Shown: positions 16,701-24,457 of the stretch, piece by piece
Numbering within the stretch: the stretch's first letter is position 1
How the letters are laid out: each line of letters begins with the position of its first letter
DNA from: Bdellovibrionales bacterium
Lineage (GTDB): Bacteria > Bdellovibrionota > Bdellovibrionia > Bdellovibrionales > JAGQZY01
Reading direction: 5' to 3'
NCBI GenBank assembly: GCA_031426555.1
Contig: JANPLN010000063.1
Span: 1 to 38,998 of the forward strand
DNA length: 38,998 nt
Translations under genes and position numbers: made by a program
Notes under the pieces: model-generated
Database searches by the model: none
Told to the model about the DNA's origin: nothing
Seen by the model: the letters and a program-made list of their open reading frames with translations, nothing else

Positions 16701-17591
16701 TTAATTATCTCGGAGAAGGTCATCCTTTAAGCCATTGATTCCTTTGTCGGTGGCGAGATCCCCATAAAGATACGGCTGGAGGTTTTGCCCACCATCGCGC
16801 AAATCCCAAGCAGCAGCCACCAGCCACTTCCAAGCACCGTAGTGGTGAAGCGCATTGTCGCCATCTTTACCACCGGCAAACGAACTTTTGGTTAAAATCC
16901 AAAAGTGATCCGCTTTGATGGCAGGAGTGTTATAGCTTTTCAGTGTGATGAGTTGCCTGAACTGACTTTGAGCCTGTAAAAAAATATTTTCCGAAATGCT
17001 TTTCTCCACAATGCTATCTGCATCCGAAAAAATGACCGTTGTGGCGGTGTGAGGCGCGTACTTCTTTAAAAGCTTGGTGTCCGAACCTGCGGGTGCAAAA
17101 AACACATTGGCGCCAAGGTGATAGCTTGTGCTTGAGGCATCCCAAAGACCAGCGGCTAGGCTTGCAACGTAAGCGCCCTTGGAGTGTCCCGAAAAAACGA
17201 CAGCGGTTGCATCAGCATTTGCAATTGCTTTGAGAGCGCAGTCGACCTGTCTTACATAATCACTGCCCATCCGGTTCCAGTCTTGATCAAAAAAACCGGT
17301 GTCGTAAGTTGGAAACAAAACAACGACGCCTTTTTTTGCCAGATGCTCAAGAGTCAACCGATAGTGTTCTACATCAAGAGCCTGACCATGGCCAAAGACC
17401 ACCACCGGGAATTTTTCTGGGCCCGACGATGCCGGCTGAAAAATATCAACCTTGCGTTGCAAACATGTCACTTTGGATTGAGCAACGCCGTAATCGTAGA
17501 GCTTGCTTCCAGGATGTAACGGATCAGTGGGCGTTGGTAACGACTGCGCTATGGAAAACAAAGTAACTAATTGGATAAGCTCCATCAGCAT
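16701..17591 (-). CDS. Secreted alpha/beta hydrolase (chlorophyllase/cutinase-like)
   Basis: FPVVVFGHG, nucleophile elbow GHSKG, DSIV, ADHF. GGAG SD before ATG at 17591. Confidence 0.8.
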   Translation of the reverse strand: MLMELIQLVTLFSIAQSLPTPTDPLHPGSKLYDYGVAQSKVTCLQRKVDIFQPASSGPEKFPVVVFGHGQALDVEHYRLTLEHLAKKGVVVLFPTYDTGFFDQDWNRMGSDYVRQVDCALKAIANADATAVVFSGHSKGAYVASLAAGLWDASSTSYHLGANVFFAPAGSDTKLLKKYAPHTATTVIFSDADSIVEKSISENIFLQAQSQFRQLITLKSYNTPAIKADHFWILTKSSFAGGKDGDNALHHYGAWKWLVAAAWDLRDGGQNLQPYLYGDLATDKGINGLKDDLLRDN

Positions 17592-17599
17592 TATAACTC

Positions 17600-18124
17600 C
17601 TAAAGTGGGGGGTATGTGCAACCAGTTTGAACCGTGTAAAGCAATTGCGAGGTATCCACTTGCAGAGCTGCTTGTGCAAGTGCCGCATCAATCAAGTCTT
17701 GTTCCAAGAAAGGTGTTTTCGACAGTATGTAAAGTGCTTTTTTGCTTGGCTCAGAAACAACGGCGTATCTATAGGTGCTGTCGAGAGCGATAATCCAGTA
17801 TTGACCTTTAAAGGGAAAACCAAAATCAACTTCGAACTTGGCATTAGAAACTGGGTCCAAACTGGTTGCAAACCCAGAAACGGTGTCGAGGGTTCCGTCG
17901 ACACTGCCTTTGTTGCAGGAGTTAAACACGCCCACGCGTCCATCAGGCTGCGCGCTTAGGGTTTGCTGCGAGCAGTAGCAATCGCCTTCAAAAACCAAGG
18001 GGTTCCGGGCAATTTGATACCAGCGGCCGGCGTATTGAGAAAGATCCACCGAGGGTACAGTTTGTAAATCAGCCTGAACTTGCAGGCCCGCTAAAAAAAT
18101 CAGACTCACTAAAAACGATTTCAT
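17600..18124 (-). CDS. Bacterial lipocalin (Blc-like)
   Basis: VDLSQYAGRWYQIAR, YWIIALD, LYILSKTP. AAAGGAG SD before MKSFLV. Confidence 0.92.
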   Translation of the reverse strand: MKSFLVSLIFLAGLQVQADLQTVPSVDLSQYAGRWYQIARNPLVFEGDCYCSQQTLSAQPDGRVGVFNSCNKGSVDGTLDTVSGFATSLDPVSNAKFEVDFGFPFKGQYWIIALDSTYRYAVVSEPSKKALYILSKTPFLEQDLIDAALAQAALQVDTSQLLYTVQTGCTYPPL

Positions 18125-18147
18125 AAATTCTCCTTTAGTCATTTGCA

Positions 18148-18543
18148 TTACTTTTTAAATTTCTTAAATAAAGGCGCGTACAGAGGCCAATAGTACGTAG
18201 CGCTGATTAGGTGCAACACGAGAATCGTAAGTGGCATGATCAGATTGCTAAGTCCCGGAGTCATAAACAGATGCACCAAAACAATATTCAAGGTGATGGG
18301 CGCCAAAATGATCAGCGCTAGAGCTGGAGCGATCCCTAACAAAAGCAACAGGCCACCCATAATTTCGGTGAGTTTTAAGAACGGGAAAAAATATTTCGCC
18401 ACCATCAGACCGCCCATAAAAGTGAGCATATCTGGAGGGAGGTCGGGAGGCGGAGGAATCAGGTTAAAAAGCCCAGCCCCTCCAAAGACAAAAAACAAAA
18501 GGCCTAAAAGGTAGCGGGTGATGATGGGTATTTTTTCTTTCAT
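18148..18543 (-). CDS. DoxX family membrane protein
   Basis: RYLLGLLFFVFG, YFFPFLKLTEIMGGLLLL, LAPITLNIVLVH. Confidence 0.88.
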   Translation of the reverse strand: MKEKIPIITRYLLGLLFFVFGGAGLFNLIPPPPDLPPDMLTFMGGLMVAKYFFPFLKLTEIMGGLLLLLGIAPALALIILAPITLNIVLVHLFMTPGLSNLIMPLTILVLHLISATYYWPLYAPLFKKFKK

Positions 18544-19040
18544 TTGTTATCCTTTTTTCCATCGCTAGCGGTGGAACGCTGTTTGCCAAATGTACACCAG
18601 TCTACTTTTTGTTTGGTTTCGCCATGATATTCGTAGGCCAATCCATTTTTAAGGAGAACGTTTTGTAACGATTGGCCGTCCACCACAACATTGCCCAAAA
18701 TGCGAAAGTACTTATCACGGGCCACGTTTTCGATATGAATGACCTTTGCATTTTTTAAAAGATTTTCTATCAGGCGCTTGGCAGTTCGCGCCGCATCTTT
18801 TTCGCAGGGAAGTTTGCCCTTGATCTCTGGGGTATCCAAACCTAAAACGCGCACGGAAATATTGTGACCGAGGAGAGGATGCACATTGGGAATCTGAAAG
18901 GTGATGGTGTCGCCGTCGTAGTTTTTAAGATACTTCACACAGCGAAAGGTTGTGGCGTCGTGGGCACAGTTGTCATTGGCGATACCAACACCACTGACGG
19001 TGAGTAAAGTTAAAAAAAAGAAAGCCCAGCGCTGCCACAT
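18540..19040 (-). CDS. Thermonuclease (SNase-like), secreted
   Basis: YDGDTI, VRVLGLDTPE, RDKYFRILG, LLKNGLA. N-terminal signal. Confidence 0.92.
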   Translation of the reverse strand: MWQRWAFFFLTLLTVSGVGIANDNCAHDATTFRCVKYLKNYDGDTITFQIPNVHPLLGHNISVRVLGLDTPEIKGKLPCEKDAARTAKRLIENLLKNAKVIHIENVARDKYFRILGNVVVDGQSLQNVLLKNGLAYEYHGETKQKVDWCTFGKQRSTASDGKKDNK

Positions 19041-19102
19041 ACATCTATGGTTGCAGAATTTTTTTGATAAGCAACTCTGCCAGCGTCACTGACGCTTGGC
19101 AT

Positions 19103-19507
19103 TTACTTGGCCTGAGAATTTACCGCATGTATTTGATCATTCAACGTCAGCAAATCATACAGGTAACCCATCAGGAAAAACCCACCGGTAAAAAACCACA
19201 GAACGCCGGTAAGAATTTTACCCAGATAAAAGCGGTGAATCCCGAAAAATCCCAAAAACACCAAAAGGATCCAGGTGACATTGTAATCCTTAGGGCCGCT
19301 GGCAGTTCCGTAGCGGCGATCGGCCTGCTTGTCCATACTGGGAATTAAAACCAAATCCACCAGCCAACCAATCCCCAAAAGCCCCAGCGTAAAAAACCAA
19401 ATACAGCCAGATATGGGTTTCCCATAATAAAACCGATGGGCTCCAGTAAAGCCAAAAATCCAAAGAACATAGCCGATAACAATTGAGTGGGTATTGGTGT
19501 TAGACAC
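19103..19507 (-). CDS. NINE/TM2-domain membrane protein (two TM2 repeats)
   Basis: GFTGAHRFYYGK and GFFGIHRFYLGK. GTG start at 19507 after AAGGGAG. Confidence 0.9.
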   Translation of the reverse strand: MSNTNTHSIVIGYVLWIFGFTGAHRFYYGKPISGCIWFFTLGLLGIGWLVDLVLIPSMDKQADRRYGTASGPKDYNVTWILLVFLGFFGIHRFYLGKILTGVLWFFTGGFFLMGYLYDLLTLNDQIHAVNSQAK

Positions 19508-19615
19508 GAGGGCTCCCTTTTGTGAACTGATATAGCAGTGTCGTCTTCTTAGACACAAGCTATATTAATTACAGCGCCTATTCCATTGGCCATTTTAACA
19601 GATATATTACACCGC

Positions 19616-20605
19616 ATGACTTCAAAACTTCTTATCATCGCTGGCCTGTATTTCGCTTGTTTGCCATTCTCAGTGGCCGCTGAAGACTGCTCTCCGTTCG
19701 GTGCCCTCGGGGTGAGTCGCCAGTCCAATCACGCGGTGGCAGAGTATTCCACAGAATTTTTAAATTGCAGCGACCAAAAGGGGCAAAAGTTATTTTCTTT
19801 GCGACGCTTTCAATTGGGGCGGGACGAATCGCAACTTCTCGTCAACCCACAAACTTTAAAAACTGTAATTCTAAAATCCTCATGTGTTTCATGCTCAGCG
19901 ATGCGCAATGCCGATTATCAAAACTCAAATTACGGTCAGTGGTTGGACGACTCCATGTCCTCTCCGTATCCTTTGCAAAATGATGGAATTATAAAGGGAC
20001 CAGCTCGCAGTGCTGCGGTGGCGGTCACGATCGATATGTGCCCTTCGCGCAAGGGAATTTCACAAAAAGTTTACGATCGCTTGCTGCAAATATCTGTGGA
20101 GCAGGGACAAGGCTTCCCTGTGGGAGTGGCGATGACCAAAGCGTGGCTCGAGTCGTATCCGCGGTCTTTTGTCTGGTTAAAAACCCAACTTTTACAAAGG
20201 CGCTTAGATATTGTTTGGATCAACCACTCGGCCACTCACCCTTACAGAAAAAATCAGTCTCTGGAGAACAACTTTTTACTATCTCCAGGAATCAACTTTA
20301 GCAAAGAAGTCCTAGGTACGGAGGCGGCTCTGATTGGCGCGGGAGTTACACCCAGCATATTTTTTCGCTTTCCTGGTTTGGTGTCTTCGCGAGAGCAAAT
20401 TCTAACGTTGGGTAATTGGGGACTGATTGCATTGGGGAGCAATGCCTGGCTCGCGAAGGGGGAACGGGCGCGGGCAGGCTCAGTCATTCTGATTCATGGC
20501 AATCAGAACGAACCAGCGGGGGAAGAGTTGTTCTTAAATTACGTCGAAAACAAAACTGCAGATATCGCGTGGGCATCGATCACTGAGCTGCTCGTTTTGC
20601 CGTAG
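19616..20605 (+). CDS. Secreted polysaccharide-deacetylase-like (NodB fold) protein
   Basis: Signal peptide ending VAA|E, TIDMCP, NHSATH, FFRFPG, ILIHGN. Confidence 0.75.
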   Translation: MTSKLLIIAGLYFACLPFSVAAEDCSPFGALGVSRQSNHAVAEYSTEFLNCSDQKGQKLFSLRRFQLGRDESQLLVNPQTLKTVILKSSCVSCSAMRNADYQNSNYGQWLDDSMSSPYPLQNDGIIKGPARSAAVAVTIDMCPSRKGISQKVYDRLLQISVEQGQGFPVGVAMTKAWLESYPRSFVWLKTQLLQRRLDIVWINHSATHPYRKNQSLENNFLLSPGINFSKEVLGTEAALIGAGVTPSIFFRFPGLVSSREQILTLGNWGLIALGSNAWLAKGERARAGSVILIHGNQNEPAGEELFLNYVENKTADIAWASITELLVLP

Positions 20606-20746
20606 AAGAGGAAATTTACCCCAAGTCGAGTGTAGATTGAGGACACCCTCCATCGGCAGTCAACTTAAAGTTGAAGCGAATCCTATTCTTTATGGCATCT
20701 CAATTGCTTCCTATAGTTACAAACTGTAACCATAGGGAGAGATGTT

Positions 20747-21175
20747 ATGGCTAAAAAGAAAGCAATTTCTAAAGCAAAAAAAAGCAAGGTCGCTGCGAAA
20801 ACTACCAAAAAAACTAAAATGAACGTGGGCGCTAAGAAGAATACCTCAAGTAAAAGCCCGCCGAGAAAACCAAAGAAAAGTGCGGCCACAGAGCGGGAAA
20901 CACCAGTATTAAAGCCAAAATTAAAGACAGTCGAACCCAGCCAGAGCCTCACTGCCACCGACGAGCATGCTGACCAGGCCCCTCAATCGCACATGGAATT
21001 TCAAGATAACAACCAAACGTCTCTCAAGCGTCGTCGCACAAGTGGTCAAGCTTACACGGGTGCTGGCCGCGAGGAGAAGCGGCGTGTGGCCTCCATGGAG
21101 GTCATGGCTCATAAAGATGAACGGGAAAGGATTCGTGCTCCCCGTCGTTCACAAAATCAGAATCGTTCGCGATAA
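20747..21175 (+). CDS. Lys/Ala-rich basic protein (histone H1-like N-terminus)
   Basis: AGGGAG SD, MAKKKAISKAKKSKVAAKTTKKTK, Arg-rich C-terminus. Confidence 0.75.
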   Translation: MAKKKAISKAKKSKVAAKTTKKTKMNVGAKKNTSSKSPPRKPKKSAATERETPVLKPKLKTVEPSQSLTATDEHADQAPQSHMEFQDNNQTSLKRRRTSGQAYTGAGREEKRRVASMEVMAHKDERERIRAPRRSQNQNRSR

Positions 21176-21298
21176 ATTTTTTACGTAAGTTGCTGTGGTA
21201 CCTAGCGCTCGGTAGTCGGAATGAGGCATGAGAATAACCTTACATAGCCTCATTTCGTTTTTTTTGACTTCGTTCCTGGTGCGCGCTCTAATACAAGA

Positions 21299-21655
21299 AT
21301 GTCGACCATCGAACTGACTAAAAACAACTTCCGCGATGTGTACCAGCAAAACGATCTGCTCGTAATAATTTTTCGGGCGGATTGGTGTGGTCCCTGTAAT
21401 TCGTTTAAGCCCATTTACGAAAAAGTTGCGGAGTCTGCATCCACTGTTGTGTTTGGCACCGTAGATATCGATGCCGAGCCCGAGATCGCCACCTACTTTA
21501 GCATTCGCAGTGTACCCTTCGTGGCTGTGGTGCGCGCCGAAGTGGAACTCTATGCCGAGCCCGGCGCACTTGGAGAAGATCAACTCAAGGATCTAATTGT
21601 GCGAGCGCAAAAACTCGACATGGACGAAGTCAAAAAAACAATTCCATCTGAATAA
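21299..21655 (+). CDS. Thioredoxin
   Basis: WCGPC active site, cis-Pro motif IRSVP. Confidence 0.92.
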   Translation: MSTIELTKNNFRDVYQQNDLLVIIFRADWCGPCNSFKPIYEKVAESASTVVFGTVDIDAEPEIATYFSIRSVPFVAVVRAEVELYAEPGALGEDQLKDLIVRAQKLDMDEVKKTIPSE

Positions 21656-22121
21656 CATCAAAGTATTGATTTTTCCATTTACGATAGTGCTTGATGATAC
21701 CGGATTCTTTAAATCCACAATTTTCATACAGGCGCTTTGCTGCGAGATTGTTTGGATAGACGGTGAGCTCCACTTTTTCAATGCCGATCGTCTTTGCGTG
21801 ATCCAAGGCTTTTTCCAACAGCTGTTTCCCCAAGCCCTTACCGCGAGCGACTTTTGCTAAACCCATTCCCAGAGTTCCCCGATGAGCAAATCTTGGATTG
21901 GTAAAAGGCGAAATATCAACCCAACCAACAACCACTTTGTTTTCAAGGGCATAATATAATGGCCAGTTTTTTTCGATGATGGTTTTTTGAAAGCTAGAAA
22001 CAACTTCTAACGTCGGTGCCTCCACCATCTCTAAATGGATCTGCTCTTTAGCAACGTCGTCCAACGTTTGATGAAAACTTTGGAAGTATTTTTCTTCCCC
22101 ATAAATTATATTTATGGACAT
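21630..22121 (-). CDS. GNAT family N-acetyltransferase
   Basis: ARGKGLGKQL, NLAAKRLYENCGF. Confidence 0.92.
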   Translation of the reverse strand: MSINIIYGEEKYFQSFHQTLDDVAKEQIHLEMVEAPTLEVVSSFQKTIIEKNWPLYYALENKVVVGWVDISPFTNPRFAHRGTLGMGLAKVARGKGLGKQLLEKALDHAKTIGIEKVELTVYPNNLAAKRLYENCGFKESGIIKHYRKWKNQYFDVIQMELFF

Positions 22122-23020
22122 TAAGTCAGCTCCTTTTGAATGGCTGCTGAAATATGATCACTCACCAGCTTTAACCTAGCTGTGGCCGCTATGGAAACTG
22201 GGGATACGATGCTCACTGGAATGTCCAAGCCCGTCCAGTCAGGTAGAAGGCGCACAAGGTTTCCACTCTCGATGTCTCCTCTGCACAAAAAGCGAGGAGC
22301 AAACAAAACACCAGCACCTGTAGTGGCAATCTTAAGCAAGCTTGTCATCTGCTGACTTTCGACGCGCGGTTTGACGGAGACACTCAACTTCTTTTTATCA
22401 TTTTGTAAAACCCATGTGCGACTCATGGAATGGTTGCGCAAGCACAAACAATCGTGCTCTGACAGATCTTTGGGTTCATTAATTTTTTTATGGGCAGCGA
22501 GATAGCTGGGTGCTGCAACGGCAATCATGTCAATATGACCGATGGGTCGAACCTTTAACTGGCTTTCTACAAGTTTTCCAAAACGCACGGCTAAATCAAA
22601 ACCATCTTTCACCAAATCAACAACCTCATTGGTGTAATGAAGTTCGAAACTAATTTTCGGATGAGTTCTGCAAAGCTCTCCGATTACGGGCGCAATCACG
22701 TAAGTGCCAATATCCTCGGCGGCGGTGAGTTTGATAGTTCCCGACACAATCGTGTCCTGACCTAAAAGTGATTTTTGCGCGTCCTCCAAAATTTGAATGG
22801 GCTCCAGACACGTCTCATAAAAAGCACGACCAGCGGCTGTCAGGGTTTGACTGCGAGTTGTTCTCAATAAAAGTTTGGTGCCGGTGAGGCTCTCGAGGCG
22901 AGCCAGACATTTGCTCACCGTAGATTTAGGAATTTTTAACAATTCCGCTGCTTTAGAGAAGCTGCCCTGCTGGACCACTTTGACGAAAATTCGACTTAGC
23001 TCAATTTCAATTGTTTCCAT
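22121..23020 (-). CDS. LysR family transcriptional regulator (CrgA-like)
   Basis: FVKVVQQGSFSKAA, LLLRTTR, VDLVKDGFDLAVR. Divergent from nmrA-doxX. Confidence 0.95.
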   Translation of the reverse strand: METIEIELSRIFVKVVQQGSFSKAAELLKIPKSTVSKCLARLESLTGTKLLLRTTRSQTLTAAGRAFYETCLEPIQILEDAQKSLLGQDTIVSGTIKLTAAEDIGTYVIAPVIGELCRTHPKISFELHYTNEVVDLVKDGFDLAVRFGKLVESQLKVRPIGHIDMIAVAAPSYLAAHKKINEPKDLSEHDCLCLRNHSMSRTWVLQNDKKKLSVSVKPRVESQQMTSLLKIATTGAGVLFAPRFLCRGDIESGNLVRLLPDWTGLDIPVSIVSPVSIAATARLKLVSDHISAAIQKELT

Positions 23021-23030
23021 ACAGAAACAA
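23011..23030. promoter_or_regulatory. Inverted repeat over the lysR start codon, probable LysR operator
   Basis: TTGTTTC-catac a-GAAACAA palindrome containing a T-N11-A box, in the typical divergent LTTR position. Confidence 0.55.
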
Positions 23031-23073
23031 TGTAATTCAAATTAGCCCTCTAATCAACAATCGAAAATACGAC

Positions 23074-23106
23074 GATACTTTTATCAGACACTTTTATCAG
23101 ATACTT
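23074..23106 (+). repeat. 13-bp tandem direct repeat (2.5 copies) upstream of nmrA
   Basis: gatacttttatca gacacttttatca gatactt. Confidence 0.8.
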
Positions 23107-23147
23107 AAAAAGTATATATAACAAGTTAGAACAGAGAGGACATTTTT

Positions 23148-23987
23148 ATGCAAAAAGATCTCGTATTAGTAGTGGGTGCCTCGGGCACAGTGGGTTCTGA
23201 AATCGTTCGGCTATTAAAAGGCGATGGGTATCGAGTTCGCGCCACCACAAGTCAGCAACCTAAAACCGAAGAACACGTGCGAGTGAATCTTTTAACGGGC
23301 GAAGGAATCAAAGCCGCGTTCGAAGGAGTGGATCGCGCTTTCTTTTTAAGCCCGCCTGGCTACACCGACCAGTATCAATTATTGTCGCCGCTGATTCAGG
23401 AGGCAAAACGCCGAGGCCTCAAAAAAGTGGTGCTGATGACGGCCATGGGTGCCAACGCTGTAGACACATCACCGTTTCGTCGTGCGGAAATTGAGCTTGA
23501 AAAATCAGGTTTGAGTTTTAACATCATTCGCCCCAACTGGTTTTACCAAAACTTTCATACATTTTGGCTACAGGGAATTCGCGAACAAAAAAAGATATTG
23601 TTGCCCGCTGGTCAAGCCAAGGTGGGGTTTATTGATGCGAGAGATATTTCGGCAGTGGCTGCAAAACTTTTAACCACAGACGATAATAGCAATAAAGCCT
23701 TCGACCTCACGGGTCCTGAATCTGTGGATCACAATGAAGTTGCAAAGGCTCTTTCAAAAATAACGGGAAAAAAAATTGTCTACGAAGAAATCACACCGGC
23801 AACATTGCAAAAGAGTTTATTAAGTGGAGGGTTTCCTCAAGACTACGTGGAGTTCATGCTCGTGATCTTAGGTTTTTTACGTGAAGGTTACAATGCCGCC
23901 ACCAACGATAACGTGAAAACACTGTTGGGGCGTGATCCCATTGGACTGCAAAAATATGCTAACGATTACAAACAAAATTGGCTTTAA
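23148..23987 (+). CDS. NmrA-like atypical SDR oxidoreductase
   Basis: VVGASGTVG, IIRPNWFYQN, FIDARDI. Confidence 0.92.
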   Translation: MQKDLVLVVGASGTVGSEIVRLLKGDGYRVRATTSQQPKTEEHVRVNLLTGEGIKAAFEGVDRAFFLSPPGYTDQYQLLSPLIQEAKRRGLKKVVLMTAMGANAVDTSPFRRAEIELEKSGLSFNIIRPNWFYQNFHTFWLQGIREQKKILLPAGQAKVGFIDARDISAVAAKLLTTDDNSNKAFDLTGPESVDHNEVAKALSKITGKKIVYEEITPATLQKSLLSGGFPQDYVEFMLVILGFLREGYNAATNDNVKTLLGRDPIGLQKYANDYKQNWL

Positions 23988-24013
23988 CATAATTAAAAAA
24001 AAGGAGAATATAT

Positions 24014-24457
24014 ATGTTTAAAAAATTAATTTACACAAATAACGACACCGCCGCCCTGGTCGCCCGTCTCACTCTCGGCGTTGTGATGTTTCCCCATGGA
24101 GCACAAAAAGTTTTAGGTTGGTTTGGTGGCTATGGTTTTTCCGGAACCATGGGATTTTTTACTGGGCAGATGGGGATACCGGCGGTCTTCGCATTCTTGG
24201 CAATCCTTGCCGAATTTGCTGGAGCTCTAGGACTCATCACAGGATTGCTTTCCCGCGTGGCCGCTTTCGGTATTGCCTCCGTGATGATAGTGGCGATCTT
24301 TATGGGGCACTTAGATAACGGATTTTTTATGAACTGGTTTGGCAATCAAAAAGGTGAGGGTTACGAGTATCATCTTTTAGCAATCGGTTTGGCTTTGATA
24401 GTGATGATTCGCGGTGGAGGAAAATTTTCTGTGGATCAAAAACTTTCGGCTAAATAA
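24014..24457 (+). CDS. DoxX family protein
   Basis: RLTLGVVMFPHGAQK, GFFMNWFGNQKGEGYEYHLL. Confidence 0.95.
   Translation: MFKKLIYTNNDTAALVARLTLGVVMFPHGAQKVLGWFGGYGFSGTMGFFTGQMGIPAVFAFLAILAEFAGALGLITGLLSRVAAFGIASVMIVAIFMGHLDNGFFMNWFGNQKGEGYEYHLLAIGLALIVMIRGGGKFSVDQKLSAK

Noticed and set aside
14263..19040. Helicase plus nuclease as an anti-phage defence system
   Set aside because: HrpB and the secreted SNase are on opposite strands in separate units, and both are common non-defence genes.
20683..20958. Hydrophobic 91-aa antisense ORF as a membrane protein
   Set aside because: It mirrors the Lys-rich codons of the plus-strand gene.
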